From Naegleria gruberi (Eukaryota), in NCBI GenBank assembly GCA_000004985.1, contig GG739426.1: DNA of 1,421 nucleotides; one strand, 5' to 3'. Under the pieces are notes generated by a model, which had not been told where the DNA came from, ran no database searches, and worked only from the letters and a program-made list of their open reading frames with translations. A program made the position numbers and the translations under genes. Of the stretch, positions 1-1,421 are shown in pieces; the stretch's first letter is position 1, and each line of letters begins with the position of its first letter.

Positions 1-432
1 TCCAAGAGGCAATATGTTGAATTTGATGAAGAAGAAGTTCCTCAAGAGAATTCCAAATCTGGCATGGATATCTTGACCTACAAAACAAATCCAATCAACA
101 TTAATAACCATCATCCTCAAAGAAGAATGATCAATAGAATTACTCCTCAAACAGTATCTCAATTAAGACCAATCGAATCAAATGCCCCAACTATTACTAA
201 TCCACAAATTTATAATTCATTTGTTCGACCAAATAACTTTGTTACCACAGCTCCACCAGCTATTGCTCGACCAAATAACTTTCCTCAAACGCAACCTCAT
301 GAAGCCATGAATCTGCAAAATATTGGTATCAATTTGGTCACCAATCCAACTCCTACAGCTCCAAATCATACCGTTAACAGAGCCAGAGTTGTAGAAGCTT
401 TGAGAAAATTGATTGCCTCTATGAAGAAATAA
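1..432 (+). CDS. C-terminal 143 codons of a hypothetical protein, 5'-partial (continues upstream of the window). It has an acidic stretch EFDEEEVPQE, a long N/Q/P/T-rich low-complexity region and a basic amphipathic tail RARVVEALRKLIASMKK.
   Basis: Frame 1 has no stop from base 1 to TAA at 430-432, so the track ORF 64-432 is only the part downstream of an internal ATG. 143 stop-free codons are unlikely by chance in AT-rich DNA. Codon usage is yeast-like (Arg always AGA, Pro CCA/CCT, Leu TTG/TTA). An internal 16-nt direct repeat tcgaccaaataacttt at 225-240 and 267-282 encodes RPNNF twice. Function is unknown. Confidence 0.6.
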   Translation, partial: SKRQYVEFDEEEVPQENSKSGMDILTYKTNPININNHHPQRRMINRITPQTVSQLRPIESNAPTITNPQIYNSFVRPNNFVTTAPPAIARPNNFPQTQPHEAMNLQNIGINLVTNPTPTAPNHTVNRARVVEALRKLIASMKK

Positions 433-520
433 ACAATTAAGATTTGGTATATTTGAAAATTTAATGGCTCTGGGAATATTTAATAAAATTCACAATTTAT
501 GAACAATTAGGTTAGTAAAT
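433..520 (+). terminator. Putative 3' UTR and polyadenylation region of the upstream gene (yeast-type efficiency and positioning elements).
   Basis: It is AT-rich immediately after the TAA stop. A TATAT-like element ggtatattt lies at about 446-454 and AATAAA at 482-487, with further A/T-rich runs to about 520. This is a motif-level call only. Confidence 0.3.
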
Positions 521-579
521 TGTTTAGAAGTTTTCACTGGTTCACCACATCCATTACACATTCACTTGAATGGCTGTCG

Positions 580-586
580 TATAAAA
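580..586 (+). promoter_or_regulatory. Candidate TATA box (TATAAAA) for the downstream proline-rich protein gene.
   Basis: An exact TATAAAA lies at 580-586, about 200 bp upstream of ATG 786. That fits yeast spacing of TATA to TSS (40-120 bp) plus a leader. An A8 tract at 729-736 and a pyrimidine-rich leader at 751-784 (ccactcatcgcctcctcgtgtgtctttttt) precede the ATG. The start context is acaaATG, A-rich as usual in yeast. Confidence 0.3.
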
Positions 587-785
587 CCGCTATGTATCTC
601 TTCTAATAGTTTTCTTATTAATACGAACAATTGTAAATAAACAGGCCAATACAATACTCAAATTATGAATCTCGCCACTAATTTGTTTAACAGTAAAATT
701 TGAGTCATCACAGAAATTATTTATCTTTAAAAAAAAGAACAAAACAACACACCACTCATCGCCTCCTCGTGTGTCTTTTTTACAA

Positions 786-1421
786 ATGATTAAGGCTAGA
801 AGAAGTAATAACTTTTCGATTTTAATTGGAGTTGTATTGGCGTGCATGATTGCATTCTTGAGCGTGTATGCACATGCTGGTAAGGGTGCTTCTGCTCCAC
901 CTCCTCCATCACCAAGAGCTGCTGCTCCTCCACCACCACCAGTTTCTAGACCACCACCAGTTGCACAACCGGTTTCAAGACCACCTCCTCCACCACAACC
1001 TGTGGCAAGAGCTCCTCCTCCACCTCCAGTTTCAAGACCACCACCAGTTGCACAACCAGCTTCAAGACCAGCTTCTCCACAACCGGTTTCTAGACCAACA
1101 CCAGTTGCACAACCTGTATCAAAGCCTGCTGCCCAACCAGTTTCTAAACCAACCGTTCAACTAAAGCCAGCTTCAGTTGGCTCACCAATTGTTGTCAACA
1201 ATAAGAACCCTGCTAAATCTTTCCCAAAAGAAGGTGATAAAGATTTTGTAGGTCCTGTTCTTCCAAAGAAACAATCAGCAGCTGCCCTTAAACCAGTAGC
1301 ACAACCAACTGTTGAAAAGAAATCTGTTGCCAAGACTGACAAGAGTCAAGTCAAATCAGCAGCTGAAAAGAAGAAGGCCGATGTAACACCAAAAGAAATT
1401 GCTAAACCAACAAAGAAGCCA
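786..1421 (+). CDS. N-terminal 212 codons of a proline-rich tandem-repeat protein with an N-terminal signal anchor or signal peptide, 3'-partial (runs off the window end). Predicted type II membrane or secreted/cell-surface protein.
   Basis: ATG at 786 is followed by 212 sense codons with no stop through base 1421 (frame 0, 636 nt). This frame is not in the supplied ORF track. The translation begins MIKARRSNNFSILIGVVLACMIAFLSVYAHAGKGASAPPPPSPRAAAPPPPPVSRPPPVAQPVSRPPPPPQPVARAPPPPPVSRPPPVAQPASRPASPQPVSRPTPVAQPVSKPAAQPVSKPTVQLKPASVGSPIVVNNKNPAKSFPKEGDKDFVGPVLPKKQSAAALKPVAQPTVEKKSVAKTDKSQVKSAAEKKKADVTPKEIAKPTKKP. It has a positively charged n-region (KARR), a 20-residue hydrophobic core and an AHA-G site. 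Codon bias is strongly yeast-like (all Arg AGA, Pro CCA/CCT, Ala GCT, Ser TCT/TCA). Confidence 0.8.
   Translation, partial: MIKARRSNNFSILIGVVLACMIAFLSVYAHAGKGASAPPPPSPRAAAPPPPPVSRPPPVAQPVSRPPPPPQPVARAPPPPPVSRPPPVAQPASRPASPQPVSRPTPVAQPVSKPAAQPVSKPTVQLKPASVGSPIVVNNKNPAKSFPKEGDKDFVGPVLPKKQSAAALKPVAQPTVEKKSVAKTDKSQVKSAAEKKKADVTPKEIAKPTKKP
813..878 (+). other. Hydrophobic segment FSILIGVVLACMIAFLSVYA (residues 10-29) plus AHA (to residue 31). Either a type II signal anchor or a cleavable signal peptide with predicted cleavage AHA|GK after nt 878.
   Basis: There are 20 consecutive mostly aliphatic residues directly after the basic N-terminus MIKARRSNN (positive-inside rule puts the N-terminus in the cytosol). 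A small-x-small motif A-H-A lies at -3/-1 relative to G32. The core is long for a signal peptide, so anchor versus cleaved cannot be decided by eye. Confidence 0.55.
942..1163 (+). repeat. Eight tandem imperfect in-frame repeats of 24-30 nt encoding the decapeptide consensus (V/A)SRPPPVAQP, preceded by a degenerate proline-rich lead at 897-941 (PPPPSPRAAAPPPPP).
   Basis: Units: 942-971 gtttctagaccaccaccagttgcacaaccg (VSRPPPVAQP); 972-1001 (VSRPPPPPQP); 1002-1028 (VARAPPPPP); 1029-1058 gtttcaagaccaccaccagttgcacaacca (28/30 nt identical to unit 1); 1059-1085 (ASRPASPQP); 1086-1115 (VSRPTPVAQP, 27/30 identical to unit 1); 1116-1139 (VSKPAAQP); 1140-1163 (VSKPTVQL). Degeneracy increases 5' to 3'. 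Confidence 0.85.

Noticed and set aside
590-847. Track ORF, - strand, 85 aa, overlapping the promoter and first 62 nt of the + gene.
   Set aside because: It lies mostly in AT-rich intergenic DNA, and its translation is Leu/Lys/Ile-rich low complexity, typical of random AT-rich sequence. It would run antisense through the TATA box and start codon of the real gene, and its codon usage does not match the two confident genes.
861-890. Possible 5' splice site (gtatgc at 865-870, gtaagg at 881-886) just after the signal sequence.
   Set aside because: Neither matches the yeast GTATGT/GTAAGT consensus. No TACTAAC branchpoint follows (only tactaat at 195-201 and cactaat at 675-681, in the wrong places). 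The frame continues uninterrupted into a sensible Pro-rich protein, so no intron is needed.
868-1164. Track ORF, + strand, 98 aa, His/Leu/Gln-rich (MHMLVRVLLLHLLHHQELLLLHHHQ...).
   Set aside because: It is the +1-frame reading of the CCA/CCT/CAA-rich repeat (CAC CAC = His, CTC CTC = Leu). It is entirely nested in the far better frame-0 gene, which starts at 786 with a signal sequence. Its composition is a frame artefact, and overlapping same-strand genes are not expected in yeast.
1157-1342. Track ORF, - strand, 61 aa (MSVLATDFFSTVGCATGLRAAADCFFGRTGPTKS...).
   Set aside because: It is antisense to the strongly supported + strand CDS. It is short, uses GC-rich codons atypical of the sense-strand bias and has no start context. 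Antisense open frames are common opposite codon-biased genes.
1-1421. Prokaryotic-style novel system (defence island, operon, CRISPR, mobile element).
   Set aside because: Nothing prokaryotic is visible. There are no Shine-Dalgarno-spaced starts, no repeat-spacer arrays, no IS or transposon inverted-repeat ends and no tRNA or rRNA. Gene structure, codon bias, TATA and AATAAA signals all point to a yeast nuclear locus, and the only repeat is an in-frame coding minisatellite.

Overview
This window reads as eukaryotic, budding-yeast-like chromosomal DNA (Saccharomycotina, possibly a CUG-clade Candida or Debaryomyces relative). The coding parts have strong AGA-Arg, CCA-Pro, GCT-Ala and TTG-Leu usage, the intergenic DNA is AT-rich, and I see no GTATGT...TACTAAC-type introns. 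It holds two head-to-tail genes on the + strand. The first is the 3' end of a gene that is already open at base 1 and stops at TAA 430-432; the ORF track shows only its last 122 codons, from the first internal ATG. Its product is N/Q/P/T-rich low complexity with a short basic amphipathic C-terminus. A 353-bp AT-rich intergenic region follows, with AATAAA-like 3'-end signals, a TATAAAA box, an A8 tract and a pyrimidine-rich leader. The second gene starts at ATG 786 and runs off the right edge of the window: 212 sense codons, no stop. It is missing from the supplied ORF track, presumably because it has no in-window stop. It encodes an N-terminal signal-anchor or signal peptide, then eight tandem imperfect 24-30-nt repeats (consensus decapeptide VSRPPPVAQP), then a Lys-rich charged segment. 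The three other track ORFs over this region (868-1164 +, 590-847 -, 1157-1342 -) are shadow frames of the CCA-rich repeat or of the promoter. I see no RNA genes, mobile elements, CRISPR or prokaryotic-type systems. The point of interest is the unannotated proline-rich repeat membrane or secreted protein.
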